From a virus (Duplodnaviria; Heunggongvirae; Uroviricota; Caudoviricetes), in the IMG/VR virus record IMGVR_UViG_2737471838_000003, positions 1 through 36,968 of that record: DNA of 36,968 nt, one strand, 5' to 3'. The position numbers were made by a program, and so were the translations under genes. Positions within the stretch are counted from its first letter, which is position 1. Each line of letters begins with the position of its first letter. Positions 26,460 to 35,732 of this stretch are shown here, piece by piece. The notes under the pieces are model-generated. The model saw nothing but the letters and a program-made list of their open reading frames with translations. It did not search any database and was not told where the DNA came from.

Positions 26460-27206
26460 CTACCTCACTGCGCCAGCCTGACCAACATTCGGGCGCCAGC
26501 TCTCCCAGTTAAAATTCACCCAGCGCCCGCCGTTCATGGTCATGCGATCCATAATTCGCTCGCCGAGCAATGTTTTCATGGCCTCATAGTTCAGGTTTGT
26601 CAGCATCCCCACGCTGCGCATCGACGCTGTCCGGCGATCAACAATCTGATGCAGCACCACCTGCTCGTTTTTTGTCTCGCGCTGAATGCCAATTTCATCA
26701 AGAACCAGCAGATCCACTTCGCACAGTTCCCGCAAAAATTTTTTGCCTGATTGCCCGTCGTCATAGCTGGCGTGTAGAGCACTCATGACATCAGCCACGG
26801 TAACCACAATCACTGTCTGGCCATCTTTCAGCAAGCGATTCCCGATAGCCGCCGCCAGATGGTTTTTTCCGGTACCAGGTTTTCCGCTGAACGCAAAATT
26901 TGTACACCCGGCCATCAGTTCATCAGCGATAGATTTCGCCTGGCTCAACGCGTATCGCTGACCGTCGTTCTGCACCAGGTAATTCGCAAACGAGCATTTA
27001 CAGTGCAACGGCTGGATGCCTGAGCGATTCAGAATTTTTTCCACCCGCAACTGGCGATTCAGGCGGTTGATCTCCTCGCTACGTTTCTGGCCTTCAGCAA
27101 GTTGCCACTCGCGCCACTCCGCTACCGTTCTGAATGGGGCGGTTACATGTGGCGGGGCTAGTCTGCGGATACGTTCAAGAACGCCGCCTGTCGCAATATT
27201 TTTCAT
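26460..27206 (-). CDS. DnaC-like replicative helicase loader (phage replication protein, YdaV-like)
   Basis: 248 aa; FSGKPGTGKNHLAAAIGNRL (Walker A), LLVLDEIG (Walker B), and overall collinearity with E. coli DnaC (MKNIATGG...RSGIQPLHCKCSFANY...). Confidence 0.9.
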   Translation of the reverse strand: MKNIATGGVLERIRRLAPPHVTAPFRTVAEWREWQLAEGQKRSEEINRLNRQLRVEKILNRSGIQPLHCKCSFANYLVQNDGQRYALSQAKSIADELMAGCTNFAFSGKPGTGKNHLAAAIGNRLLKDGQTVIVVTVADVMSALHASYDDGQSGKKFLRELCEVDLLVLDEIGIQRETKNEQVVLHQIVDRRTASMRSVGMLTNLNYEAMKTLLGERIMDRMTMNGGRWVNFNWESWRPNVGQAGAVR

Positions 27207-27212
27207 GGTCTG

Positions 27213-28001
27213 TTACCCCCTGAAGCCTGGCGGGATCGCACTGTCCGGCAACGAGACGGTGTTAACCTGTCGGAGCAACGTCTCAGGCCGAACACCTTTC
27301 GGCGCGAACAGGCCCTGGTATTCATTGGCGATGCTGTGTCGAATCACCTGCTCAGGTGTAAAACCCTGCTGACGGAATTTTTCCAGTTCCCGTATCGCCC
27401 CGTTAGCGCCCTGCTCCGTTCGAATCGGTTTTCGCAATGCCTGTCTGAACCGGACCCACTCATGCCAGAGTGTTTCCGGCAACCAATCGGGCAGCTCAAT
27501 AGTCTCCGGCTCGAATTTTTTAGACGCTCGTTTTTGGCGAGGGGGATTTAGGGGGAGATCAGTATTTAGATCTTCCTCTTCCTTTTCCTCTGGTAACGCT
27601 TTTTGATCCGTTTGTGTAACGCTGGCAGCGTTACCTTGTCGTTTCAGTTCGCGTATTTTGGTTACTCGCTCGTTTGTAACCGCCCGTTTTTTAGAGCTTT
27701 TTCCGTTATGACGTTCAAAGTTAGGTAGAGAAAGCCCACCGTCATTTTCGACCAGCCATCCAACCTGAATTAACGCATCAGCAAAACCAGACATAAAAGT
27801 GATGCGATCTATTGCACTTTTTGTAACGCCGCGAGCGTTACAATCTGCATTACCGTCTATCATTTGTTGATCCGCCCATGCCCAGAAGCGAATAACCTTC
27901 CCTAATGCGGCATCTGGATCAATATTCAGAATCTCAGCAAGCCTGAATATTTCCGGCTTATCCGGCGTAATAACCTCGAGCTTTATCCAGTTTGAAGCCA
28001 T
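27213..28001 (-). CDS. Replication initiation protein (lambda O functional analogue, YdaU-like)
   Basis: 262 aa immediately upstream of and coupled to the DnaC-like gene, downstream of the cro/YdaT-like genes; AAGGTG SD. Confidence 0.7.
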   Translation of the reverse strand: MASNWIKLEVITPDKPEIFRLAEILNIDPDAALGKVIRFWAWADQQMIDGNADCNARGVTKSAIDRITFMSGFADALIQVGWLVENDGGLSLPNFERHNGKSSKKRAVTNERVTKIRELKRQGNAASVTQTDQKALPEEKEEEDLNTDLPLNPPRQKRASKKFEPETIELPDWLPETLWHEWVRFRQALRKPIRTEQGANGAIRELEKFRQQGFTPEQVIRHSIANEYQGLFAPKGVRPETLLRQVNTVSLPDSAIPPGFRG

Positions 28002-28078
28002 TTGTTTTCACCTTGTAACGCTTGCAGCGTTACATTTAACTGATACCGAACAAAACAATCCGGCACGATTAATTTCAA

Positions 28079-28501
28079 TCAATGCACTACGACAGAATCG
28101 CCAGGCGACCCGCCGCCGCTGAAATGCGCTTTACGGTAAACGGCCTGGACTGCATCATCATGCGCATCAATTGCTGTACTCAATGCTTCCTGCGCGGCCA
28201 GTAATGCACGGCGTTCCAGGGTATCGAAGATGCTGAGTCGGTGGCGCAGCTCGCGCGGAAGGATTGCCAGAATTGCAGGGACCAGTTTCTGAATTTTTTC
28301 CCTTTGCGCTTCCGTTTCACCTTTTAACCAACGGTGATAGATGTTCTGCTGATTATTCCAGTCCTTGCCTGGTACCAGGGGCAATTCGCAGCCTCCCAGG
28401 CGCAGATATTCTTCAGTAATGGCACTGGCAACCCATGCCTGCCCTTTTTCAGATGCCAGGGCTAACAACACTGATTCGATGTGCTCATGCCTGATTTTCA
28501 T
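28079..28501 (-). CDS. YdaT-like protein (cII-position regulator of Rac-type prophages)
   Basis: 140 aa; MKIRHEHIESVLLALASEKGQAWVASAITEEYLRLGG... resembles Rac YdaT as recalled; ATGA overlap with the cro-like gene. Confidence 0.65.
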   Translation of the reverse strand: MKIRHEHIESVLLALASEKGQAWVASAITEEYLRLGGCELPLVPGKDWNNQQNIYHRWLKGETEAQREKIQKLVPAILAILPRELRHRLSIFDTLERRALLAAQEALSTAIDAHDDAVQAVYRKAHFSGGGSPGDSVVVH

Positions 28502-28740
28502 GAATCAACCGCTCCTATGCTGTTTTCGCTATGCTTACCGTCTGGGGGGAATACATCGTCAAGTCCACAATGAGCGCCAAGCCGATTAAGGGTTGAAACA
28601 ATTCTTCTGCACTCCTCTAGCCCAGGGGTACGAAAATTTGCTTCGTAATTTGCCAGTCGGCTTTGTATCCACCCTAACTGAACAGCGAGTTGTCTTTGAG
28701 ACAGCCCAAGCTGTTTTCGATATGTTGAAATTTTGTTCAT
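28498..28740 (-). CDS. Cro-like HTH regulator (XRE family)
   Basis: 80 aa with an HTH (LGLSQRQLAVQLGWIQSRLANYE); GGAGG SD; divergent from the repressor gene across a 96-bp operator region. Confidence 0.65.
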   Translation of the reverse strand: MNKISTYRKQLGLSQRQLAVQLGWIQSRLANYEANFRTPGLEECRRIVSTLNRLGAHCGLDDVFPPDGKHSENSIGAVDS

Positions 28741-28836
28741 TGAAAACCTCCGATGACAATTTTAAACACATCTTGTGTTATATGGTCAAGCTGTTTTGTG
28801 TTTTGCGTAAATCACGATTCGTGATACAAGAATGCA
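28741..28836. promoter_or_regulatory. Immunity-region intergenic with two palindromic operator candidates (aacaca tct tgtgtt at 28765-28779; atcacga t tcgtgat at 28811-28825) and divergent promoters
   Basis: Palindromes read directly from sequence between divergent cro-like and CI-like genes; the repressor ATG has no SD, consistent with a leaderless or weakly initiated transcript. Confidence 0.55.
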
Positions 28837-29256
28837 ATGGAGAAAGAAAACGAAAAAATTGCCGCTAGTAGGCTCAATGACAAAATTGCAATGCGTCTTA
28901 AAGAGCGCAGGCAGAAGCTTGGTTTATCTCAAGGAAAACTTGCTGAAATCTGCGGATGGACGCAATCGCGCATAGGTAACTATGAGGCGGGCAGCAGAAA
29001 TGTTGGAGTGCATGACGCTGTCGTATTGGGAAAGGCACTTGGCATATCTCCTCCTGAGCTCCTCTTTGGAGAACAGGAATCTTCTGAATTGTGGTTAAAT
29101 GAATCCCAACGAAAACTTCTTGAGTTGTTTAACCAGCTACCGGGCTCAGAACAACAACGAATGATTGAGCTATTTGAGGTCCGGCTAAAAGAAATCGATG
29201 AGTATGTAGAAAAATATTTGAGAGGCAGACTTAAAGATAATCCCCCACCGGAGTAA
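28837..29256 (+). CDS. CI-like prophage repressor (XRE-family HTH, RacR-like, no peptidase domain)
   Basis: 139 aa; HTH LGLSQGKLAEICGWTQSRIGNYEAG; divergent from the cro-like gene; followed by a terminator. Confidence 0.7.
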   Translation: MEKENEKIAASRLNDKIAMRLKERRQKLGLSQGKLAEICGWTQSRIGNYEAGSRNVGVHDAVVLGKALGISPPELLFGEQESSELWLNESQRKLLELFNQLPGSEQQRMIELFEVRLKEIDEYVEKYLRGRLKDNPPPE

Positions 29257-29286
29257 TGATCTTGCTATCACAGTAATATGCCAATC

Positions 29287-29311
29287 AGCCCGCTATCAGC
29301 GGGCTTTTTTG
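29287..29311 (+). terminator. Rho-independent terminator after the repressor gene (agcccgc tatca gcgggct then T6)
   Basis: 7-bp perfect stem, 5-nt loop, tttttt on the plus strand. Confidence 0.65.
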
Positions 29312-29341
29312 TACCATCATCATATTACACCACCACAAAAC

Positions 29342-29370
29342 ACACATCGTGTTGACACATGAGAACACAT
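29342..29370 (+). promoter_or_regulatory. Candidate sigma70 promoter (TTGACA, 17-nt spacer, TTTAAT) overlapping an aacaca t tgtgtt palindrome
   Basis: Consensus -35 hexamer and near-consensus -10 with 17-nt spacing; palindrome resembles the operator half-sites in the immunity region. Confidence 0.45.
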
Positions 29371-29560
29371 TGTGTTTAATAAGCATATCCAAACAACGCC
29401 CCACCAGAGAACGGCAGGACAATACCTCGAGTTATCCAGCCACTGAACAGGGCTAAGTAGCCAGCCTGAGGCATACGAACATGACGGCAGTTGTTGATTG
29501 ATACAAAGCGCAGTAGATAAAACGTTCCGCCACCCGGCGTTAAGGGGAAATGAGGTCAAC

Positions 29561-29716
29561 ATGGATACTATCGATCTTGGTAACAACGAATCTCTGGTAT
29601 GTGGCGTGTTCCCCAACCAGGATGGAACATTCACCGCCATGACATATACCAAAAGCAAAACGTTTAAAACCGAAGGTGGCGCGCGTCGCTGGTTGGTCAA
29701 AACATTAACGGAGTGA
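29561..29716 (+). CDS. Small Rac-type early protein (YdaF-like, 51 aa)
   Basis: MDTIDLGNNESLVCGVFPNQDGTFTAMTYTKSKTFKTEGGARRWLVKTLTE with a GAGG SD 6 nt upstream; the longer ORF-track version starts at a TTG. Confidence 0.5.
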   Translation: MDTIDLGNNESLVCGVFPNQDGTFTAMTYTKSKTFKTEGGARRWLVKTLTE

Positions 29717-29717
29717 C

Positions 29718-30227
29718 TTATTCGAAGCGCTTAGTGCAAGGGTTCCATGTTTCAAGTATTAGTTCCTCATAGTCGGAATCGAGTTGAAAATGGGAGTTAG
29801 TGCCTAATGAGCACTTTCTAACAAAACGAATTATTCCCGTTCTAACAAGCAAGGCTGTACTTTGATTTTCAGGACAAAGCGCAAGTAGGTCATTGAACTG
29901 GAGGAATGATTCAATAATACGAATTTGTTCTACATTTAGCGAATTCAGATTTTTTAGCATTTTGCGCTTTTTTACGAAATCCCGAATCAGCTAGAACAGG
30001 CTCATGAAAAGGATAACTACTCTATCAAAGATTAAAGTAGAGACAAAAGCCATGCTAAAGCAGAATAGTTGCATGGAATATGGAATGGCACTTTTCTTTT
30101 CCAGGTACTCTGACAAGTTTTCTGGTACCAACATTAATATCAGAAAAAATATAACTATAGTAATCATAAACCGACTAACTGATTTTTCGGCAAAGAATTT
30201 TGCCAATGTTAAAAGACTTTCTAACAT
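29718..30227 (-). pseudogene. SieB-like superinfection-exclusion membrane protein gene interrupted by an in-frame TAG (29991-29993)
   Basis: Two minus-strand ORFs (30227-29994 and 29960-29718) are in the same frame, separated by one amber codon plus 10 sense codons; hydrophobic TM segments in the upstream part; position next to kilR matches sieB in Rac. Identity is by synteny only. Confidence 0.4.
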
Positions 30228-30667
30228 TTCAATAACTCTCAACTGTAAGGGTATTGAAATGTTAACACAAGCTCTCGCTGTAGGGGTATAGCAGAGACCA
30301 CCGAAGCCCGGAGGTGGTGAAATAAAACCGGGCACAACACGAAGGCGCATTTCCGATATCCATAAAGAGTCGGTCTTGTCTGTTAAATTTAAATGGTGGG
30401 AGTGCGCCTCCGGTTGTGAATAACAACACTGCTGTGTGTAGTCTTGGCGGCATCAGTTTTTTCTTGAAGTTCGACTGATGTCCGCCCTTTTTAAAGTGAA
30501 TTTTGTGATGCGGTGAATGCGGCTAAGCGCACGCGGCACAGTTAAAAGTCATGTTAGTCCTTATTGGTTTGGGTGGGAAAGCCGACTGTAATTGTTAACT
30601 GGTTGCAGTCACCTGGAGGCACCAGGCACCGCATCAACAAAGTTCATTTGTAAAAATGGAGATAATT

Positions 30668-30889
30668 ATGATTGCACATCACTTCGGAACTGATGAAATA
30701 CCACGTCAGTGTGTGACTCCTGGTGATTATGTTCTTCATGAAGGCCGGACATATATCGCCTCGGCAAACAATATTAAAAAGCGAAAACTTTATATTCGTA
30801 ACCTGACTACAAAAACATGCATTTCTGACTGCATGATTAAAGTCTTCCTCGGTCGTGATGGTTTACCTGTAAAGGCGGAGTCATGGTGA
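30668..30889 (+). CDS. kilR: KilR-like killing protein (FtsZ inhibitor of Rac prophage)
   Basis: 73 aa from [46 protein letters not shown]... with a GGAGA SD; matches Rac KilR as recalled. Confidence 0.7.
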   Translation: MIAHHFGTDEIPRQCVTPGDYVLHEGRTYIASANNIKKRKLYIRNLTTKTCISDCMIKVFLGRDGLPVKAESW

Positions 30890-31059
30890 TGACTAAGAAA
30901 ATAAAATGTGCTTACCACCTTTGCAATAAAGGAATTGAAGAAAGCAAAAGCATTAAAAGACCACTTCATTTCATGCGTGGAGTTATCCCAACGACGGAAA
31001 TGAAAAAATATTGTAGTGAAAATTGTGCCGAAAAAGACCAGATGGCACACGAACTTTAA
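30889..31059 (+). CDS. ydaE: YdaE-like small Cys-rich zinc-binding protein (56 aa); not in the ORF track
   Basis: Manual translation [59 protein letters not shown] overlaps the kilR stop. Confidence 0.65.
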   Translation: MTKKIKCAYHLCNKGIEESKSIKRPLHFMRGVIPTTEMKKYCSENCAEKDQMAHEL

Positions 31060-31132
31060 TTAACTGACTATGCGAAACTGAATTTATGCCAGCAATGGCA
31101 GGGATTCGCTCAACCTTAATTAAGGAGAAAAA

Positions 31133-31408
31133 ATGATTACCAATTATGAAGTCACTGTTGTAACTACCGATGACATTGTTCACGAGGTTAATCTGGAAGG
31201 AAAGCGTATTGGCTACGTGATTAAAACAGAAAATAAAGAAACCCCATTCACTGTGGTTGATATTGACGGCCCATCAGGCAACGTAAAAACACTTGATGAA
31301 GGTGTCACAAAAATGAGTCTGGTTCACATCGGAAAGAATCTGCCCGCAGAAAAAAAAGCCGGATTTCTGGCAACTCTGATTGCAATGAAATTAAAAGGTG
31401 AAATCTGA
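31133..31408 (+). CDS. racC: RacC-like protein
   Basis: 91 aa; MITNYEVTVVTTDDIVHEVNLEGKRIGYVIKTENKETPFTVVDIDGPSGNVKTLDEGV...; AAGGAG SD; immediately upstream of recE. Confidence 0.7.
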   Translation: MITNYEVTVVTTDDIVHEVNLEGKRIGYVIKTENKETPFTVVDIDGPSGNVKTLDEGVTKMSLVHIGKNLPAEKKAGFLATLIAMKLKGEI

Positions 31409-31506
31409 AAAAAGAAAGCCTGCACAACGTGCAGGCCTGAGTGAAGAACCTGGGACATTTATTCATCACTCGCAGTAATTTTAATCTGAGTTGAGGTTAA
31501 AAAACA

Positions 31507-34158
31507 ATGAGCACAAAACCACTCTTCCTTTTACGGAAAGCGAAAAAATCATCCGGTGAACCTGACGTCGTCCTGTGGGCAAGCGACGATTTTGAATCAA
31601 CCTGTGCCACTCTGGACTACCTGATCGTTAAGTCAGGTAAAAAACTGAGCAACTATTTTAAAGCTGTTGCCACAAATTTTCCTGTCGTTAATGACCTTCC
31701 CCCTGAAGGTGAGATCGATTTTACCTGGAGTGAACGCTATCAACTCAGCAAAGACTCCATGACCTGGGAACTAAAACCGGGAGCAGCGCCAGACGACGTT
31801 CACCATCAGGAGGATGCACCGGAAACCGAAGAACCGACGGGAGGCCAGGAAGAAAACGCGCAGGCAGACGCCCACGAGGATTGCCAGGATTGCGAAGTCT
31901 CTGTAGCCACTTTGCGGTTCACACAGCGTCTTCTGCACATTTTTACGTATGCAGCCGGGGATCGAAAATACCTGCATCATGCCACCCGTGAACAACGCAA
32001 ACACATTACTGCTCTTGAGATGGATCAGGAAAACAGCTATGTCCAGAATCTGCTGTTGGCCATACGCAGCATGGCAGAACCGACAACTCTGGATAATGCC
32101 GCCCTGCTCCGCCTGACTGATGCAATTAAGGCAGTGTTCTCTATCACGAAAAAACATCAGCCCTATGAATTTAAGAATTTCATTTCAGCCTGGCTGGATA
32201 CCGAACACATTGATCGCGGTCTTCTGACAAAAGAATGGCGAAAAGGGAATCGTGTTTCACGCATCACTCGCACGGCTTCCGGTGCTAATGCTGGCGGCGG
32301 GAACCTCACCGATCGCGGCGAAGGTTTCGTCCACGATCTGACGTCACTGGCGCGCGATGTAGCCACTGGCGTACTGGCCCGTTCAATGGACGTGGACATC
32401 TATAACCTTCATCCGGCACACGCTAAACGCATTGAGGAAATTATCGCTGAAAATAAACCACCCTTTTCTGTTTTCCGCGACAAATTCATCACCATGCCTG
32501 GCGGGCTGGATTATTCCCGCGCCATCGTGGTTGCGTCCGTGAAAGAAGCACCAATTGGGATCGAGGTCATCCCCGCACACGTCACTGAATATCTGAACAA
32601 AGTACTGACTGAAACCGATCATGCCAACCCTGATCCGGAAATCGTGGATATTACCTGCGGTCGCTCCTCGGCCCCGATGCCGCAGCGAGTAACAGAAGAA
32701 GGAAAACAGGACGATGAAGAAAAACCACAACCATCTGGCGCAATGGCAGATGAACAGGCAACGGCTGAAACAGTGGAACCGAATGCAACTGAACATCATC
32801 AGAACACGCAGCCGCTGGATGCTCAGTCACAGGTAAATTCTGTTGATGCGAAATATCAGGAACTGCGGGCAGAACTCCATGAAGCCCGGAAAAACATTCC
32901 ATCAAAAAATCCTGTCGATGCCGATAAATTGCTTGCTGCATCACGTGGTGAATTTGTTGACGGAATTAGCGACCCGAACGATCCGAAATGGGTTAAGGGG
33001 ATCCAGACTCGCGATTCTGTGTACCAGAACCAGCCAGAAACGGAAAAAATCAGCCCGGATGCGAAACAACCTGAGCCAGTAGTGCAACAGGAACCGGAAA
33101 TAGTCTGCAATGCCTGCGGTCAGACTGGCGGGGATAACTGCCCTGACTGTGGTGCGGTGATGGGCGACGCAACATACCAGGAAACATTCGGTGAAGAGAA
33201 TCAGGTTGAAGCTAAGGAAAAAGATCCGGAGGAAATGGAAGGCGCTGAACATCCGCACAATGAGAATGCTGGCAGCGATCCGCATCGCGATTGCAGTGAT
33301 GAAACTGGCGAAGTCGCAGATCCCGTAATCGTAGAAGACATAGAGCCAGGTATTTATTACGGAATTTCGAATGAGAATTACCACGCAGGTCCCGGTGTCA
33401 GTAAGTCTCAGCTCGATGACATTGCTGATACTCCGGCACTGTATTTGTGGCGTAAAAATGCCCCCGTGGACACTACAAAGACAAAAACGCTCGATTTAGG
33501 AACCGCTTTCCACTGCCGGGTACTTGAACCGGAAGAATTCAGTAACCGCTTTATCGTAGCACCTGAATTTAACCGCCGTACAAACGCCGGAAAAGAAGAA
33601 GAGAAAGCGTTTCTGATGGAATGCGCAAGCACAGGAAAAACGGTTATCACTGCGGAAGAAGGCCGGAAAATTGAACTCATGTATCAAAGCGTTATGGCTT
33701 TGCCGCTGGGGCAATGGCTTGTTGAAAGCGCCGGACACGCTGAATCATCAATTTACTGGGAAGATCCGGAAACAGGAATTTTGTGTCGGTGCCGTCCGGA
33801 CAAAATTATTCCTGAATTTCACTGGATCATGGACGTGAAAACCACAGCGGATATTCAACGATTCAAAACGGCTTATTACGACTACCGCTATCACGTTCAG
33901 GATGCATTCTACAGTGACGGTTATGAAGCACAGTTTGGTGTGCAGCCAACTTTCGTTTTTCTGGTTGCCAGCACAACTGTTGAATGCGGACGTTATCCGG
34001 TTGAGATTTTCATGATGGGCGAAGAAGCAAAACTGGCAGGCCAGCAGGAATATCACCGCAATCTGCGGACCCTGGCTGACTGCCTAAATACCGATGAATG
34101 GCCAGCAATTAAGACGTTATCACTGCCCCGCTGGGCTAAGGAGTATGCAAATGACTAA
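31507..34158 (+). CDS. recE: Exodeoxyribonuclease VIII (RecE)
   Basis: 883 aa; the N-terminus [48 protein letters not shown] and the C-terminal nuclease domain match E. coli RecE; the middle is divergent and acidic. Confidence 0.9.
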   Translation: MSTKPLFLLRKAKKSSGEPDVVLWASDDFESTCATLDYLIVKSGKKLSNYFKAVATNFPVVNDLPPEGEIDFTWSERYQLSKDSMTWELKPGAAPDDVHHQEDAPETEEPTGGQEENAQADAHEDCQDCEVSVATLRFTQRLLHIFTYAAGDRKYLHHATREQRKHITALEMDQENSYVQNLLLAIRSMAEPTTLDNAALLRLTDAIKAVFSITKKHQPYEFKNFISAWLDTEHIDRGLLTKEWRKGNRVSRITRTASGANAGGGNLTDRGEGFVHDLTSLARDVATGVLARSMDVDIYNLHPAHAKRIEEIIAENKPPFSVFRDKFITMPGGLDYSRAIVVASVKEAPIGIEVIPAHVTEYLNKVLTETDHANPDPEIVDITCGRSSAPMPQRVTEEGKQDDEEKPQPSGAMADEQATAETVEPNATEHHQNTQPLDAQSQVNSVDAKYQELRAELHEARKNIPSKNPVDADKLLAASRGEFVDGISDPNDPKWVKGIQTRDSVYQNQPETEKISPDAKQPEPVVQQEPEIVCNACGQTGGDNCPDCGAVMGDATYQETFGEENQVEAKEKDPEEMEGAEHPHNENAGSDPHRDCSDETGEVADPVIVEDIEPGIYYGISNENYHAGPGVSKSQLDDIADTPALYLWRKNAPVDTTKTKTLDLGTAFHCRVLEPEEFSNRFIVAPEFNRRTNAGKEEEKAFLMECASTGKTVITAEEGRKIELMYQSVMALPLGQWLVESAGHAESSIYWEDPETGILCRCRPDKIIPEFHWIMDVKTTADIQRFKTAYYDYRYHVQDAFYSDGYEAQFGVQPTFVFLVASTTVECGRYPVEIFMMGEEAKLAGQQEYHRNLRTLADCLNTDEWPAIKTLSLPRWAKEYAND

Positions 34159-34984
34159 GCAACCACCTATCGCAAAAGCCGATCTGCAAAAAACTCAGGG
34201 AAACCGTGCACCAGCAGCAGTTAACGATAAGGATGTGCTGTGCGTGATTAACAGCCCGGCAATGAAAGCGCAACTGGCAGCAGCTCTGCCACGTCACATG
34301 ACAGCGGAACGCATGATCCGCATTGCTACAACAGAAATCCGTAAAGTACCGGAACTAAGAAACTGTGACTCGACGAGTTTTATCGGTGCCATCGTACAGT
34401 GTTCACAGCTCGGACTTGAGCCAGGTAGCGCCCTCGGTCATGCATATCTGCTACCGTTCGGCAACGGAAAAGCAAAAAACGGTAAGAAGAACGTACAGCT
34501 GATCATCGGTTATCGCGGCATGATCGACCTTGCCCGTCGATCAGGTCAAATCATCAGTCTGTCAGCTCGTGTTGTCCGTGAATGTGATGAATTCAGCTAT
34601 GAACTTGGCCTTGATGAAAAACTGGTTCATCGTCCCGGTGAAAACGAAGATGCCCCTATAACCCATGTCTATGCTGTTGCAAAACTGAAAGACGGAGGAG
34701 TGCAGTTTGAAGTCATGACCCGCAAACAAGTAGAAAAAGTTCGCGACACACACAGCAAGGCGGCAAAAAACGCAGCGTCAAAAGGGGCGTCGTCCATCTG
34801 GGATGAACACTTTGAAGACATGGCCAAAAAGACAGTGATACGAAAACTGTTCAAGTATCTGCCGGTATCTATTGAAATCCAGCGTGCAGTATCGATGGAT
34901 GGAAAAGAGGTGGAAACAATTAATCCAGACGACATATCGGTTATAGCCGGGGAATACAGTGTAATCGATAATCCAGAAGAATAA
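34151..34984 (+). CDS. recT: Recombinase RecT (single-strand annealing protein)
   Basis: Start [24 protein letters not shown]... at 34151, overlapping the recE stop; collinear with E. coli RecT. Confidence 0.9.
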   Translation: MTKQPPIAKADLQKTQGNRAPAAVNDKDVLCVINSPAMKAQLAAALPRHMTAERMIRIATTEIRKVPELRNCDSTSFIGAIVQCSQLGLEPGSALGHAYLLPFGNGKAKNGKKNVQLIIGYRGMIDLARRSGQIISLSARVVRECDEFSYELGLDEKLVHRPGENEDAPITHVYAVAKLKDGGVQFEVMTRKQVEKVRDTHSKAAKNAASKGASSIWDEHFEDMAKKTVIRKLFKYLPVSIEIQRAVSMDGKEVETINPDDISVIAGEYSVIDNPEE

Positions 34985-35028
34985 TCCAGCCTGGCGGTGT
35001 AATGCACCGCCAACGTGAGATAGTTTTT

Positions 35029-35235
35029 ATGACAAAAACTTTGAGATATGACGATGTTAAACCATGTCCGTTTTGTGGTTGTCCATCAGTAACGGTGAAA
35101 GACATTTCAGGATATTACCGGGCAAAATGCAACGGATGCGAATCCCGAACTGGCTATGGTGGAAGTGAATAAGAAGCGCTCGAAAGATGGAATAAACGAA
35201 CCACTGAAAATATTAATGGAGGCGTTCATGTATAA
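35029..35235 (+). pseudogene. RalR/Lar-like Cys4 small protein gene cut short by an in-frame TAA at 35170-35172
   Basis: ORF MTKTLRYDDVKPCPFCGCPSVTVKDISGYYRAKCNGCESRTGYGGSE-stop, then the same frame continues EALERWNKRTTENINGGVHV-stop; Rac RalR/Lar as recalled reads ...GYGGSEKEALERWNKR... uninterrupted. Confidence 0.55.
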
Positions 35236-35416
35236 AATTACCGCTACAATTGAAAAGGAAGGTGGCACTCCTACTAACTGGACAAGATATTCAAAATCTA
35301 AACTAACGAAATCAGAATGCGAAAAAATGCTCTCAGGTAAAAAAGAAGCAGGCGTTTCCAGAGAGCAGAAAGTAAAACTGATAAATTTTAATTGCGAGAA
35401 ACTTCAGTCCTCGTGA
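35228..35416 (+). CDS. Small Rac-type protein (YdaC-like)
   Basis: 62 aa from MYKITATIEKEGGTPTNWTRYSKSKLTKSECEKMLSGKK... with a GGAGG SD 5 nt upstream. Confidence 0.5.
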   Translation: MYKITATIEKEGGTPTNWTRYSKSKLTKSECEKMLSGKKEAGVSREQKVKLINFNCEKLQSS

Positions 35417-35515
35417 ATTGCATTGTATTCAAATTAAAACTTCATAGCTGATTATTAATAATCAACATCAGGCGTCAATTTCAGTCTAACATTGGCGCCT
35501 GCCAGAGGTGATGCG

Positions 35516-35731
35516 ATGGCACAAGTAATCTTTAATGAAGAGTGGATGGTTGAATACGGCCTGATGCTTCGCACTGGTCTGGGGGCCAGACAAATTGAAG
35601 CATACCGCCAGAACTGTTGGGTGGAGGGCTTCCACTTCAAACGAGTATCTCCTTTAGGTAAGCCAGACAGCAAACGAGGGATTATCTGGTACAACTATCC
35701 AAAGATAAATCAGTTTATCAAAGACTCATGA
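35516..35731 (+). CDS. xis: Excisionase (Xis-like)
   Basis: 71 aa from [44 protein letters not shown]...; GAGGTG SD; immediately upstream of and overlapping the integrase start. Confidence 0.65.
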   Translation: MAQVIFNEEWMVEYGLMLRTGLGARQIEAYRQNCWVEGFHFKRVSPLGKPDSKRGIIWYNYPKINQFIKDS

Positions 35732-35732
35732 T

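Noticed and set aside
29320-29700. 126-aa minus-strand ORF overlapping the early-left promoter and the YdaF-like gene
   Set aside because: It is antisense to a gene with a good SD, overlaps the terminator and promoter at 29287-29370, and has no start context.
30004-30291. 95-aa plus-strand ORF antisense to the SieB-like gene
   Set aside because: It overlaps the membrane-protein frame on the other strand, whose hydrophobic TM segments and synteny with Rac sieB are more convincing.
31771-33738. Series of minus-strand ORFs (78-147 aa) inside recE
   Set aside because: All lie within the strongly supported RecE coding region and look like frame artefacts.
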